Positions 32,541 to 43,620 of a stretch of DNA of 64,000 nucleotides are shown one piece after another. The stretch is taken from contig CAWFCQ010000008.1 of assembly GCA_963814375.1 (NCBI GenBank), positions 480,001 to 544,000 of the forward strand, read 5' to 3'. A model generated the notes under the pieces. That model did no database searches. It saw only the letters and a program-made list of their open reading frames with translations, and had not been told where the DNA came from. The translations under genes were made by a program, and so were the position numbers. Origin of the DNA: an uncultured Chloroflexia bacterium (GTDB lineage Bacteria > Chloroflexota > Limnocylindria > QHBO01). How positions within the stretch are numbered: the first letter of the stretch is position 1; every line of letters begins with the position of its first letter.

Positions 32541-34520
32541 TCAGGACCAGGGCACCAGCCGGGAGCGCTGTGCTCGCCGGAGGCTCGGGTCCTGGGGGTC
32601 GGCCGAGATGCCGGAGACGGCGTGGCCGATGATGTCGTTGGAGTCGATCGAGTCGATGTGGAAGACGGCGTAGCCGATGACATCCACGTACTGGCCGCTG
32701 CTGCTGCTGCTGGCCACGGTGAAGCGGACGGTGTCGAGATGCGTGACGGGCTGGCCGTTGCTGTTCGTCCCGTGGCCGCGGATGTTGAACAGGTAGCACC
32801 CCTGGGCTAGGCCGGAGGTGTTGATGGTGAGCGTCGAGAGGGTCCCCGTCCCGGTCGACGGCACGACCGACGTCGAGCTGAATCCGATCGAGGCCGTGCC
32901 CAGCGATCGCGGCTGGAGGCTGCATGTGGTCAGGGAGTCGGTATCCCAGCTGAGCGCCACGTTCGTCTCGGCCGCGGGGCCGCTGCCCCAGTTCGCCGTG
33001 CTCGTCCCGGTCGAGACCCGCAGCGGCAGGGTGATCGTGCCGCCGAGAACCTCCGTCGATCCGTCCACGATCGAGTTGGCGAGGCTGAAGTCGCGGGTCG
33101 TCCGGATGTCGACCGCGTCGTTGTAGTCGCCGTCGTTGTTGCCATCGGTCTGAACGCGCACGGCGACCGGGACACGCCGCTGCTGGTAGTAGGGGTTGCC
33201 CGACTCGCCCTCGAGCCACACCGCGTAGATTCCCGGTGGGATCGCGTTCGTCTGCATGTCGTTCATCCGGACGCTGGTGCCGCCCGTGGTCGGCTGGAAG
33301 ACGTTCACCGACCAGATCGGCTCGGTCATGTCGCCGGCTGCGGGAGGGGTGACCGATGGATCGGGAAGGATGTCGAGGGCAGGCATGCCGAGGGCCGCGG
33401 CGGCGGCGTCCCCGACCATGTTCAGAGTGACCGTGCTGGTGAATGCCGCGTTGCGTGACACGGTGAACGTGGGCCCGTCGTACGGCGCGGTCGTCGTCGA
33501 GGCCAGCGTGATCTCCGCCGGCGGCACGATCGCGAAGTCGGGGATCTGCATCACCGTGCCGTCGTAGACCGCAAGCAGGACGCGGTCGCCCGGGCGGTAT
33601 GCGTCACCGAAGGGCTGGACGATATGGGCACTGCTGTTCCCGGAGAGGACGGCCACCTGGGTGTCGCCGGTGGGCGGCACGCTCACGGCGGGGAAGGCCG
33701 GCCCGGGATAGCCGGTATAGAGATACTCGCCCTGCATGTCCTTGAGCGTGTTCGGGTTGGTCCCGGCGGTGACCCCGTTGTAGTAGACGCGCGTGTCGAC
33801 ACCCTCGAAGTTGCGGACGTCGAGGGCGACGAATCCGCGGAAGCTCGAGTCGTTGTTCGACTTGGCACCGGGCCCGTAGATCGAGAACTGCAGCCCGGGC
33901 GCCGCCTCGCTTGCGGGCGACCCGTGCGCCGTAGCCGCGCGGATTCGCCGAATCGACCGATCCGGTCGAGCTCGTCGCGGCGGTCGCGAGATGGTCGACG
34001 AATCCCGCCGCCCGGTCCAGGTGGCCTCGAGTAGCGCCGCGCGACGAGCGGCACGGCCGGGCCGCCCTGGAGGTCGCAGCGCGCACGGGCGCCGGTCTCC
34101 AGCGTCGAGATGCCCACGACCTGTCGCAAGTGCGGTGTCCACCGTGGATGAGATGGCGACGCGGACCTTGGTGCCGGCGACCACGATGCCGCTGACGAGC
34201 TCATCGGCGTCGATCACGCCGCTGCCGTCCTCGTCCGTGTAGGTGGGCGGGGAGTCGATCGTTGCCACCGCGCCGCTCGGTGAGCCGGTCAGGTTGGCGA
34301 GGGCCACCTGGCGCGCCGTTGTCGCTGCCGTCGAGTCCGTCGCGCCGGCGATCAGCTCGCGGCAGGCAGCCAGGGCGGCGGCATCGGCTGCGGTCTGGGC
34401 GTGGCGCCGCTCTGCCACCTGCCGGCCGAGGTCGATCGCGATGCCGGCGAAGCCGAGCAGGATGACCAGGAGGATCGAGAAGATCACGAGGACCTGGCCC
34501 CGCGGCGCAGCGCGGTCCAT
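32541..34520 (-). CDS. TadG-like pseudopilin/adhesin, large (several frameshifts at 33920-34130)
   Basis: RGQVLVIF...AIDLGR...AQTAADAAALAA Tad N-terminus, then a long Thr/Ser-rich beta region. Confidence 0.8.
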   Translation of the reverse strand: MDRAAPRGQVLVIFSILLVILLGFAGIAIDLGRQVAERRHAQTAADAAALAACRELIAGATDSTAATTARQVALANLTGSPSGAVATIDSPPTYTDEDGSGVIDADELVSGIVVAGTKVRVAISSTVDTALATGRGHLDAGDRRPCALRPPGRPGRAARRAALLEATWTGRRDSSTISRPPRRARPDRSIRRIRAATAHGSPASEAAPGLQFSIYGPGAKSNNDSSFRGFVALDVRNFEGVDTRVYYNGVTAGTNPNTLKDMQGEYLYTGYPGPAFPAVSVPPTGDTQVAVLSGNSSAHIVQPFGDAYRPGDRVLLAVYDGTVMQIPDFAIVPPAEITLASTTTAPYDGPTFTVSRNAAFTSTVTLNMVGDAAAAALGMPALDILPDPSVTPPAAGDMTEPIWSVNVFQPTTGGTSVRMNDMQTNAIPPGIYAVWLEGESGNPYYQQRRVPVAVRVQTDGNNDGDYNDAVDIRTTRDFSLANSIVDGSTEVLGGTITLPLRVSTGTSTANWGSGPAAETNVALSWDTDSLTTCSLQPRSLGTASIGFSSTSVVPSTGTGTLSTLTINTSGLAQGCYLFNIRGHGTNSNGQPVTHLDTVRFTVASSSSSGQYVDVIGYAVFHIDSIDSNDIIGHAVSGISADPQDPSLRRAQRSRLVPWS

Positions 34521-35125
34521 CAGTTCACCACCATCGTGGCGGTGGCAACCTGGACGAATCGCCCGTTGGCATCCGTGGAGAGGATCGCCCCGATGAACGG
34601 GACGATGATGTCGGATCGATAGGTGACGCTCACCTGGACGAGGCATCCGGCAGGGTCGTCGGCCGTGCAGTAGGTCCCGGCCGTCGGGCACGGGCTGGTC
34701 GGGGTGGCCATGGCGCTGCAGAGCGTGATGGTGATGTCGCCGTTCACCCATCTGTCGTGCTTGCCGTCGCCGTTGAGGTCGCTGGCCGATCCAGCCGGGC
34801 AGGGTCGGGTGGCGACGAAATGCGGCGAGGTCGCGGTCAGCAGCCCGAACGAGTGGCGGGCTCCGTCGAGCGCGGTCGTGCAGCGGTCGAGGTCGTTGAC
34901 GGCCCGGGATGCGGCGATGTCGTACTGCGAGATCGTGGCGCCGCGGGCCGCCTCGCGCGCGGCGTTCGTCAGCGTGACGTGTGCTCCGAGGAGGAGCCCG
35001 AACTGGATGACGCCGACGACGAGGAGCAGGACGGGCATGAGCACGGCCGCGAACTCGACCATTGCCTGGCCACCCGGTGAAGCCGGGCTCGGCGCAGTAC
35101 GGTGCTCGGGGGTGGGCTGAGACAA
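34520..35125 (-). CDS. TadE-family minor pilin
   Basis: GQAMVEFA prepilin site, hydrophobic helix and NAAREAAR. Start uncertain (TTG 35125). Confidence 0.85.
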   Translation of the reverse strand: MSQPTPEHRTAPSPASPGGQAMVEFAAVLMPVLLLVVGVIQFGLLLGAHVTLTNAAREAARGATISQYDIAASRAVNDLDRCTTALDGARHSFGLLTATSPHFVATRPCPAGSASDLNGDGKHDRWVNGDITITLCSAMATPTSPCPTAGTYCTADDPAGCLVQVSVTYRSDIIVPFIGAILSTDANGRFVQVATATMVVN

Positions 35126-35392
35126 CTCGGTGGGCCGTTGCTCGTTCGGTTGGATGGCGGGCAGCCAACCGGATCGTAGGAACGGTTCCCTGGTACCGGT
35201 ATAGGCCGTTGGGGGATGTCCGCATGGGACAGATGGAAGGGCTGGCGCGTCGCGCACACGCCCTGTCAGCGCTTCTATCACTGTTGATATATCCGCTGAG
35301 CGGAGCGGCCGCCACCGCCCAACGAAGACTGGTTCAGACGCTCAGCCCATCCCTGACAGCCCTTGTCAGGATCGCCGCTAGAATCGAACTCG

Positions 35393-37533
<2,141 letters not shown>

Positions 37534-37534
<1 letters not shown>

Positions 37535-38142
37535 TGGCGGGCACGATGCCGCACGCCATCTTCATCGAGACCGACGTCGACGGCCAGGGGCTCGTCGGCG
37601 CGTACGCCGCCGAGCTGCCCGGGTGTGCGGTCTTCGCCAGCACGGATGACGAGGCCGCGGGCGGCATGCCGATGAGGGTGAGCCGCTTCACGGCATGGCT
37701 GCGGGACCAGGGCGAGCCGGCGGCGACCTTCGTGGGCGACAACTGGTACGAGGTCGAGCGTTCGGCCGCCGCCGCCGACGGCCGGCGCGCCTCGTTCACG
37801 CTCGACGAGCTGCCGCCGTCCGACGAGGAGTTCTCGACCTGGCTCCGCTGGCTCGAGCTCGCGCGCGAGTCGCTCGCGGAGGCGCTCGACCGCGGGGATC
37901 CGGCGGCGGCTGCGGACCAGCTCGACGCGATCGAGCGCCAGGACGTGACCTTCGTGCGGGACCTCGGAGGCGGCGCCCCGGAGCTGTCGAGCGACCCGAT
38001 CGATCGGCTCTACGCGGCGCGTGACGCGCTCACCGATGCGCTCGAGGCGGCGGGCCCGGCGCAGGACGGAGTGCGACGCATGCTGCGCCTGGCGATCGCG
38101 GACGACCTGAGGGCGGCCGATGCCCTCCGTCCGCCGGCGTGA
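37534..38142 (+). CDS. Protein with N-terminal HicB-like fold and helical C-terminus
   Basis: AYAAELPGCAVFASTDDEA...WLRDQGE resembles HicB N-termini. TGATG-coupled to uvrB. Confidence 0.55.
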
Positions 38143-38807
38143 TCGACCTCGCCAGCGTCGAGCCGAAACGGCTCCGCCACGTCGGCGACTGGCCGACTCC
38201 AGCGCCCCGCCGCGCTCCTCAGGCGACCGAGCTGCGTGAGCTCCAGGACCGCATGCCGCGCTGTGGCGACCGAGCGACGCCGGTCCTGTCCGGCGATGGC
38301 ACCGAGCGAGCCATGCTCATCGGCCAGGCTCCCGGCTGGCGTGAGATCGAAACCGGCCTCCCCTTCGCCTGGGACGCCGGCAAGCGGCTGTGCGGCTGGC
38401 TGGCCGCTGCCGGCATCGGCGTGGACGACTTCCGCGAGCGCTGGTACGTCACCAGCGTCGGAAAGTGCTACCCCGGCCGCGCGCCGGGCGCCTCGGTCGA
38501 TCGGCCGCCATCGCGCGACGAGATCGAGCGCTGGACGCCGTTCCTGCGCGATGAGCTGCGGCTGGTTCGCCCGGAGCTCGTGCTGCTCGTCGGTGGCTTC
38601 GCCCATCGGTTCGCCTTCGGCGCGTCGGCCAGGCTGGACGATCTCGTCGGGCGTGAGCTTGCATGGGCCGATGCTCCCGGCGCTTCGGTCCTGTGCCTGC
38701 CGCACCCGTCGGGTGCGTCGACCTGGCTCAACGATCCCGACCGCGTCACGCTCTGGCGACGCGCCATCGAGATCCTGCGCGGCCGATGGGCGGCCATGGA
38801 CGCGTGA
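38139..38807 (+). CDS. Uracil-DNA glycosylase superfamily protein
   Basis: MLIGQAPG, KCYPG, DRPPS..EI, LPHPSG. Confidence 0.87.
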   Translation: MIDLASVEPKRLRHVGDWPTPAPRRAPQATELRELQDRMPRCGDRATPVLSGDGTERAMLIGQAPGWREIETGLPFAWDAGKRLCGWLAAAGIGVDDFRERWYVTSVGKCYPGRAPGASVDRPPSRDEIERWTPFLRDELRLVRPELVLLVGGFAHRFAFGASARLDDLVGRELAWADAPGASVLCLPHPSGASTWLNDPDRVTLWRRAIEILRGRWAAMDA

Positions 38808-39331
38808 CCCGCGACCTGCGGCTCGGCGTGCTCGCGGTTGTCGCGCTCGGGGCATTCGTGGTCGTGATGATCCTCGTCGGATCGATCGGTGCGCCGCGGC
38901 CGGAGGTCGACCCACTGACCGTGGAGGAGGCGCTCGCCGGCGGGGCGCCAGCCGATCGATGGGGGACCGACGAGCTCCACGTGTCCGGCTGGTACGCAGA
39001 GCTCGACGCCGACTGCACCGGCGACACCGGTGGCGCGGATCCGTCGGTGGCATGGCTCCAACGTGATTGCCCGCTGCGCGTCCTCCTGCCGGCGCAACCC
39101 GACCGCAACGTCAGCCAGGAGCAGCTCCTGCGCGACGGCCTGCTGCTCGCGGCGCCGCAGGGCCGCCCCTTCCCGTCGCGCGCCGACCCGTCCGGACCGA
39201 ACCTGCGCGGCCAGCAGCTCGTGTTCGTCGGTCACTTCTCCGATCCGACGGCGTCCGCGTGCGTGCCTGAGCGTGCGCAGCGCTGCGCCAACACGTTCGT
39301 CGTGAGCGACTACGACGAGCTCGTGCATTGA
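38804..39331 (+). CDS. Membrane-anchored exported hypothetical protein
   Basis: N-terminal TM, four Cys, GHFSDP.A..C motif. GTGA overlap with the previous gene. Confidence 0.65.
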   Translation: MTRDLRLGVLAVVALGAFVVVMILVGSIGAPRPEVDPLTVEEALAGGAPADRWGTDELHVSGWYAELDADCTGDTGGADPSVAWLQRDCPLRVLLPAQPDRNVSQEQLLRDGLLLAAPQGRPFPSRADPSGPNLRGQQLVFVGHFSDPTASACVPERAQRCANTFVVSDYDELVH

Positions 39332-39427
39332 AATTCGCGCCGAGCCTTGCGCCGATGGTGGAAGATTGAGGGCGGGGGCACGGCACCATGCGCGGTGTCG
39401 ATCAACGCACAACGGAGGTCTCCCCGC

Positions 39428-40090
39428 ATGGATCTGTTCGTCGCCCTGATCGTGATCGGGCTCGGCGCCCTGGCACTCTTCGTCGGATTCCGGCTGTTCG
39501 TGGTTCTCCTTCCGATCTGGGGCTTCTTCGTCGGCTTCGCCCTCGGGGCCTCGCTGATGGCGAACTGGCTCGGCGAGGGATTCCTCGGCAGCGTTCTCGC
39601 CATCGTCGTCGGCGCCGTGGTCGCCATCGGCTTTGCCCTGATCGCCTACCTGTGGTGGTGGGCCGGCGTGGTCATCGCGATCGGTGCGTTCGGGTTCGCG
39701 ATCGGCTACGCGATCCTGCCCGCCATCGGCCTCGACAACGCCGAGTTCCTCTCCTTCCTGCTTGGCCTGGCGGGCGCCGTGGCGTTCGGCCTCGCGGCCG
39801 TCGTCCTGCGGCTTCCCCGGCTGCTCGTGATCGTCGTGACCTCCCTGTGGGGCGCCGGCGCGGTCATCGGGGGAGTGATGATCTTCCTCAACATGATCGA
39901 GGTCGAGCAGCTCGGCCGCGGCGTGGTCGACCGTGCGGTGAGCGACTCGTTCTTCTGGCTCATCGCCTACGTCGCGCTGGCGGTGGTCGGCATGGTCGCG
40001 CAGCTCACGACGAGCGACGAGATCGTCCTCGGTCCTCCCGGCAGCGAGGACAACCTCCGTACCGGCCCGCCCGACCCTCGCCTCGCCTGA
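39428..40090 (+). CDS. Multi-pass membrane protein (DUF4203/TMEM198-like)
   Basis: GGAGG SD, about 7 hydrophobic segments, GFRLF...GFFVG and IVVTSLWGA. Confidence 0.7.
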   Translation: MDLFVALIVIGLGALALFVGFRLFVVLLPIWGFFVGFALGASLMANWLGEGFLGSVLAIVVGAVVAIGFALIAYLWWWAGVVIAIGAFGFAIGYAILPAIGLDNAEFLSFLLGLAGAVAFGLAAVVLRLPRLLVIVVTSLWGAGAVIGGVMIFLNMIEVEQLGRGVVDRAVSDSFFWLIAYVALAVVGMVAQLTTSDEIVLGPPGSEDNLRTGPPDPRLA

Positions 40091-40131
40091 GGTCCAGCGC
40101 CGATTCGACCGGCTCCTCGACACGCCGAGTG

Positions 40132-40998
40132 TCAGGAGCCGGTCGTCATATCCAGCAGCCCGGCCTGGCGCGCACGGCGCATGAACCAGGCGAAGGCTGC
40201 GAGCGCGATGGGAATGGCCACGGCGGTGCTGATGAGCAGGTAGAGCATGACCGTGCCGTCCGAGAGGCTGCCGATGTCACCCGGCGACCCGTGCCCCAGG
40301 AGCCCGCGCCGTGACGCCTCGAGCCACCACGTCGTTGGCGCGGCGTAGGCGATCGGCTGGAGTACGGCGGGAAGGATGTCGATCGGGAAGATCGCCCCGG
40401 AGATGAGGTAGAGGGCGCCGGCGATCGCCTCCGGGTAGTGCCACGCCTCCTGGCGCAGCTGGAGGCACCACCCCGCCATGCCGATGCCGAGCGCCATCAC
40501 AGCGAGCAGCCCGATCACACTGGCCGGCACGAGGACGATCAGGTTCGGCTGGAGCTGGATGTCGAGGAAGACGACCCCGACGAGCAGTGTCAGCACGACC
40601 GCGACCATCGAGATGAGCACGCGGGCCACCGATCGCCCGATGAGGAACGGGAAGAGCGACGTCGGCGTGACGACGACGTACTTGATCATGCGGTACCGCT
40701 CGCGGTCCTCGAGGATCGACTGGACCATCCCGCTCATGACGCCGAAGACCACATTCCACAGCGCGCTGCCGACGATCATGAACTGGAGGAAGTCGGTGCC
40801 CTGGCCGCCGGTGATGACCTGGAACATGACCACGAGGATCAGCGCCGCCGCGAGCGGCTTGGCGATCGTGTAGACGGCGAAGAGGAACGGGTCCGACCAG
40901 TTGGACTCGATGGCCCAGCCGAGGCCGATGGCTGTCCGGAAGGTCCGCCACGCGTCCCCCAGCGAGGGGTCGCGCACCGTCGCGGCGCGATTGATCAC
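40132..40998 (-). CDS. ABC-2 type exporter permease
   Basis: Six TMs, SGAIFPIDILP, PTTWWLEASR. Confidence 0.85.
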   Translation of the reverse strand: MINRAATVRDPSLGDAWRTFRTAIGLGWAIESNWSDPFLFAVYTIAKPLAAALILVVMFQVITGGQGTDFLQFMIVGSALWNVVFGVMSGMVQSILEDRERYRMIKYVVVTPTSLFPFLIGRSVARVLISMVAVVLTLLVGVVFLDIQLQPNLIVLVPASVIGLLAVMALGIGMAGWCLQLRQEAWHYPEAIAGALYLISGAIFPIDILPAVLQPIAYAAPTTWWLEASRRGLLGHGSPGDIGSLSDGTVMLYLLISTAVAIPIALAAFAWFMRRARQAGLLDMTTGS

Positions 40999-41870
40999 TG
41001 CCACTTCAGCGTGAGCCGCCCTTCGCGGCGAGCGAGATGCTCCAGGTAGCGCAGCGCGATCCGCGCCCCCACCAGGAAGACGACGCCCATGACGATCAGG
41101 ATGGCGATCTCGGTGCCGACGGGCAGGATGCCCTGGACATCGCTGCTCGCGAAGACGATCTGTCGCATGGCATCCAGGCCGACGGCCAACGGAAGCGTCG
41201 CCATCATCAGCCCGGCGATCGGCCCGATGGCTCGGAGCGGGAAATTGACGCCGCCGAGGAAGTAGATCGGCTCCTGGAGCAGCTCCGCCAGGTGGTTCGC
41301 CTCGCGTCCCCACATGAGGAACAGCGAGGCGAAGAGCATCCCGAGACCGTAGAGGGGGATCATCGTGAGGATGAAGACCGCAACGAGCAGCCAGGGCTCC
41401 TGGATGTCGTAGGTGACGCCGTACAGGATCGAGCCGATGGCGATCACGGCAACCGCCCGCGAGCTCGTCATCACGAGGCCGCCGATGGCCATGCCCGCCA
41501 GCACGCTCATGAGGTGCATCGGCGCGGTGAAGTAGAGCTCGAGGTTCCCCTGGTCCTTCTCCCAGAAGAACTGCGCGGCCATCATCCAGACCACGTTGAG
41601 CCAGAAGGCGGTCATCGCCCCGCCGAGGACGACGAAGCCGATGTACTCCTCCGGTGCCTCCAGTGCGCGGTACACGAACACGAACGCGCTCACGGCAAGG
41701 AACGGCAGGAAGATCTCGAAGAAGAGCCACGACGGCTCCCGGGTGAGCCCGATGATGCGTGGATAGGCCCGACCGAAGACGGCCCGAAGGTTCGACCTGA
41801 TGACTCGGCCACGCGACCATTCGGCGGCGTCGCGCGGGTTCGTCGCGGCCGCGGACCCGTACCTCGTCAC
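40995..41870 (-). CDS. ABC-2 type exporter permease
   Basis: WEKDQGNLELYFTAP, GGVNFP, LPLAVGLDAMR. Confidence 0.85.
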   Translation of the reverse strand: MTRYGSAAATNPRDAAEWSRGRVIRSNLRAVFGRAYPRIIGLTREPSWLFFEIFLPFLAVSAFVFVYRALEAPEEYIGFVVLGGAMTAFWLNVVWMMAAQFFWEKDQGNLELYFTAPMHLMSVLAGMAIGGLVMTSSRAVAVIAIGSILYGVTYDIQEPWLLVAVFILTMIPLYGLGMLFASLFLMWGREANHLAELLQEPIYFLGGVNFPLRAIGPIAGLMMATLPLAVGLDAMRQIVFASSDVQGILPVGTEIAILIVMGVVFLVGARIALRYLEHLARREGRLTLKWQ

Positions 41871-42892
41871 GAGTCGTTGTCTCCGGCTTCCTCGTCGCCG
41901 AAGCCGCGGCCGACGAGCTCGACGAACACGTCTTCGAGGCTCGGCTCCGACTTCGCCAGCCCGACGAGGTGCGAGCCGCGCGCCGCGACCGCCGTGACCA
42001 CGCTGGTCAGCGCCGAGTCGTCGGCGAGCGCGACCTTCAGCGCCACCCGGTCCGACCCGGCGCCGTTATCCGCGCCATCCTCGTCTGCTCGAACCGCCGA
42101 GAGGACGCCGGGGAGCTCGCCGATGGCCGCCAGGCCGCCGTTCTCGGGAAGCTGGTCGAGCTCGATCCGGAAGATCGACTCGGCCTGGACCCGTCGTCGC
42201 AGCTCCTGCGGCGTGCCGAGGGCCAGGATGCGCCCGCGATCGACGATGGCGATCCGGTCGCACAGCTGCTCGGCCTCGACCATGTAGTGGGTCGTGAGGA
42301 GCAGGGTCCGCCCGGGCGCCGCCGCCTTCCACGCGAGCGTGTGCTCGCGGAGGTCCCGGGCTGCCGCGACATCGAGCCCGAGTGTCGGCTCGTCGAGGAA
42401 GAGCACCCAGGGATCGTTCAGGAGCCCGCGCGCGAAGTTCAGCTTCTGGCGCTGACCTGTCGATAGGGTGCGGACCTTCTGGTCCTTCTGCTCGGTCAGC
42501 CCGGTGATCTCGATGAGCTCGTCCACGCGCCGCCAGCCCTCGCGGTAGGGGAGCCCGTAGAACTGGCTGAACATCCAGAGCTGCTCGCGCAGCGTCAGCA
42601 GGCCGTAGCCGGACTGCTCGCCGCCCGAGACCATGTTGATCACCCGCCGGATCTTGGCGGTCTCGCTCTCGACGTCGAACCCGGCCACCCGGGCGGTGCC
42701 GCTGGTCGGCAGCAGCAGCGTCGTCAGGATCTTGATGAGCGTCGTCTTGCCCGCCCCGTTCGGGCCGAGCAGCCCGAAGTACTCGCCCGGCCGGACGTCG
42801 AGATCGACGCCCGCGAGGGCGGTGATGGGATCGGGCTTTGCCTTGTAGACACGCGTCACGTCGCGCGCGTGAATGGCGAGCTCTTGGGTCAT
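41867..42892 (-). CDS. ABC exporter ATP-binding protein (DrrA-like)
   Basis: GPNGAGKTT, LSTGQRQK, LDEPTLGLD, TTHYM. Confidence 0.92.
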   Translation of the reverse strand: MTQELAIHARDVTRVYKAKPDPITALAGVDLDVRPGEYFGLLGPNGAGKTTLIKILTTLLLPTSGTARVAGFDVESETAKIRRVINMVSGGEQSGYGLLTLREQLWMFSQFYGLPYREGWRRVDELIEITGLTEQKDQKVRTLSTGQRQKLNFARGLLNDPWVLFLDEPTLGLDVAAARDLREHTLAWKAAAPGRTLLLTTHYMVEAEQLCDRIAIVDRGRILALGTPQELRRRVQAESIFRIELDQLPENGGLAAIGELPGVLSAVRADEDGADNGAGSDRVALKVALADDSALTSVVTAVAARGSHLVGLAKSEPSLEDVFVELVGRGFGDEEAGDNDS

Positions 42893-43002
42893 TGGGGGCA
42901 GTTCCTGGGACAGCGCGTGACCGTCTCCGGGGAGGCGGGAGGGAAATGGTAGCAGCAGCCGAAGACCGTCGAGAATGCACCGCGCGGGGTGCGCGGCCCC
43001 GG

Positions 43003-43263
43003 TCAGTTCAGCGCGTCGTCCCGCCCGCAGCCGCCAGGGCCGTGGTCGCAGTCCACGGCCAGAAGGTGGGATCCCGAGATCGTGAGGAGCGCGGAGCAGG
43101 CCGCCGCCTCGGTCTGGTCGCCGGCGGGCAGCTCGTCGAGGGCCAGCTCGACGCGGGCGGCCAGGGTGGCGCTCATCGACTCGTTGGCGCTGAAGGTCCG
43201 CCACATCCCCTCGTCGTCCCAGATCACGATTCCGTAGCCCCTGACTGCCACCGAGAACATCAC
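43003..43263 (-). CDS. Small hypothetical protein (~86 aa)
   Basis: GGAGG...GGGGA SD before GTG/ATG. Typical codon usage. Confidence 0.6.
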   Translation of the reverse strand: MMFSVAVRGYGIVIWDDEGMWRTFSANESMSATLAARVELALDELPAGDQTEAAACSALLTISGSHLLAVDCDHGPGGCGRDDALN

Positions 43264-43390
43264 GATCCCCCTGCCTCCGAAAGTACCGGCGGGTACCGGT
43301 ACTCAGCATCGTGGCCCGGACCGCGGCTGCCAACTGACCGGGTCCGATCCCAACTCCACCTTGCCGCTCATCTTCCCGTTCGAACTTGGG

Positions 43391-43520
43391 TTACCGGCAT
43401 CGGTAACCATCGGAGAAGCAACGGCCTCCCGATGGCCCTCCCTTACCGACGCCGGTAAATGCGTGTCGCGAACGGGCTAGAGATCGGCGCTCGATGTCCG
43501 TTGGTTACCGGCATCGGTAA
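43391..43520. repeat. Three 16-bp palindromes TTACCG-N4-CGGTAA
   Basis: Copies at 43391-43406, 43443-43458 (inverted orientation) and 43505-43520. Confidence 0.9.
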
Positions 43521-43559
43521 AACGACTGCTCGGGGCCTGGGCCGCTGGGGATTTCGCCA

Positions 43560-43620
43560 TGGAAGCGCTCTCTTGACGCAGGCGCCTAGAATGCCCAAGT
43601 GACCGTGAGAGCGCTCTCAC
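43560..43620. promoter_or_regulatory. LacI-family operators (CelR/CebR-box-like) flanking the TAGAAT -10 of the lacI-family gene
   Basis: TGGAAGCGCTCTCT (43560-43573) and perfect palindrome GTGAGAGCGCTCTCAC (43605-43620), both resembling TGGGAGCGCTCCCA. Confidence 0.75.

Noticed and set aside
35126-35340. c-di-GMP riboswitch upstream of the tad genes
   Set aside because: No GGCAAAC/GACGCAAAG signature was found, only a simple hairpin.
43391-43520. Mini CRISPR array
   Set aside because: Repeats are only 16 bp, the middle one is inverted, spacers are unequal (36 and 46 bp) and self-complementary, and there are no cas genes. Kept as an unexplained repeat element instead.
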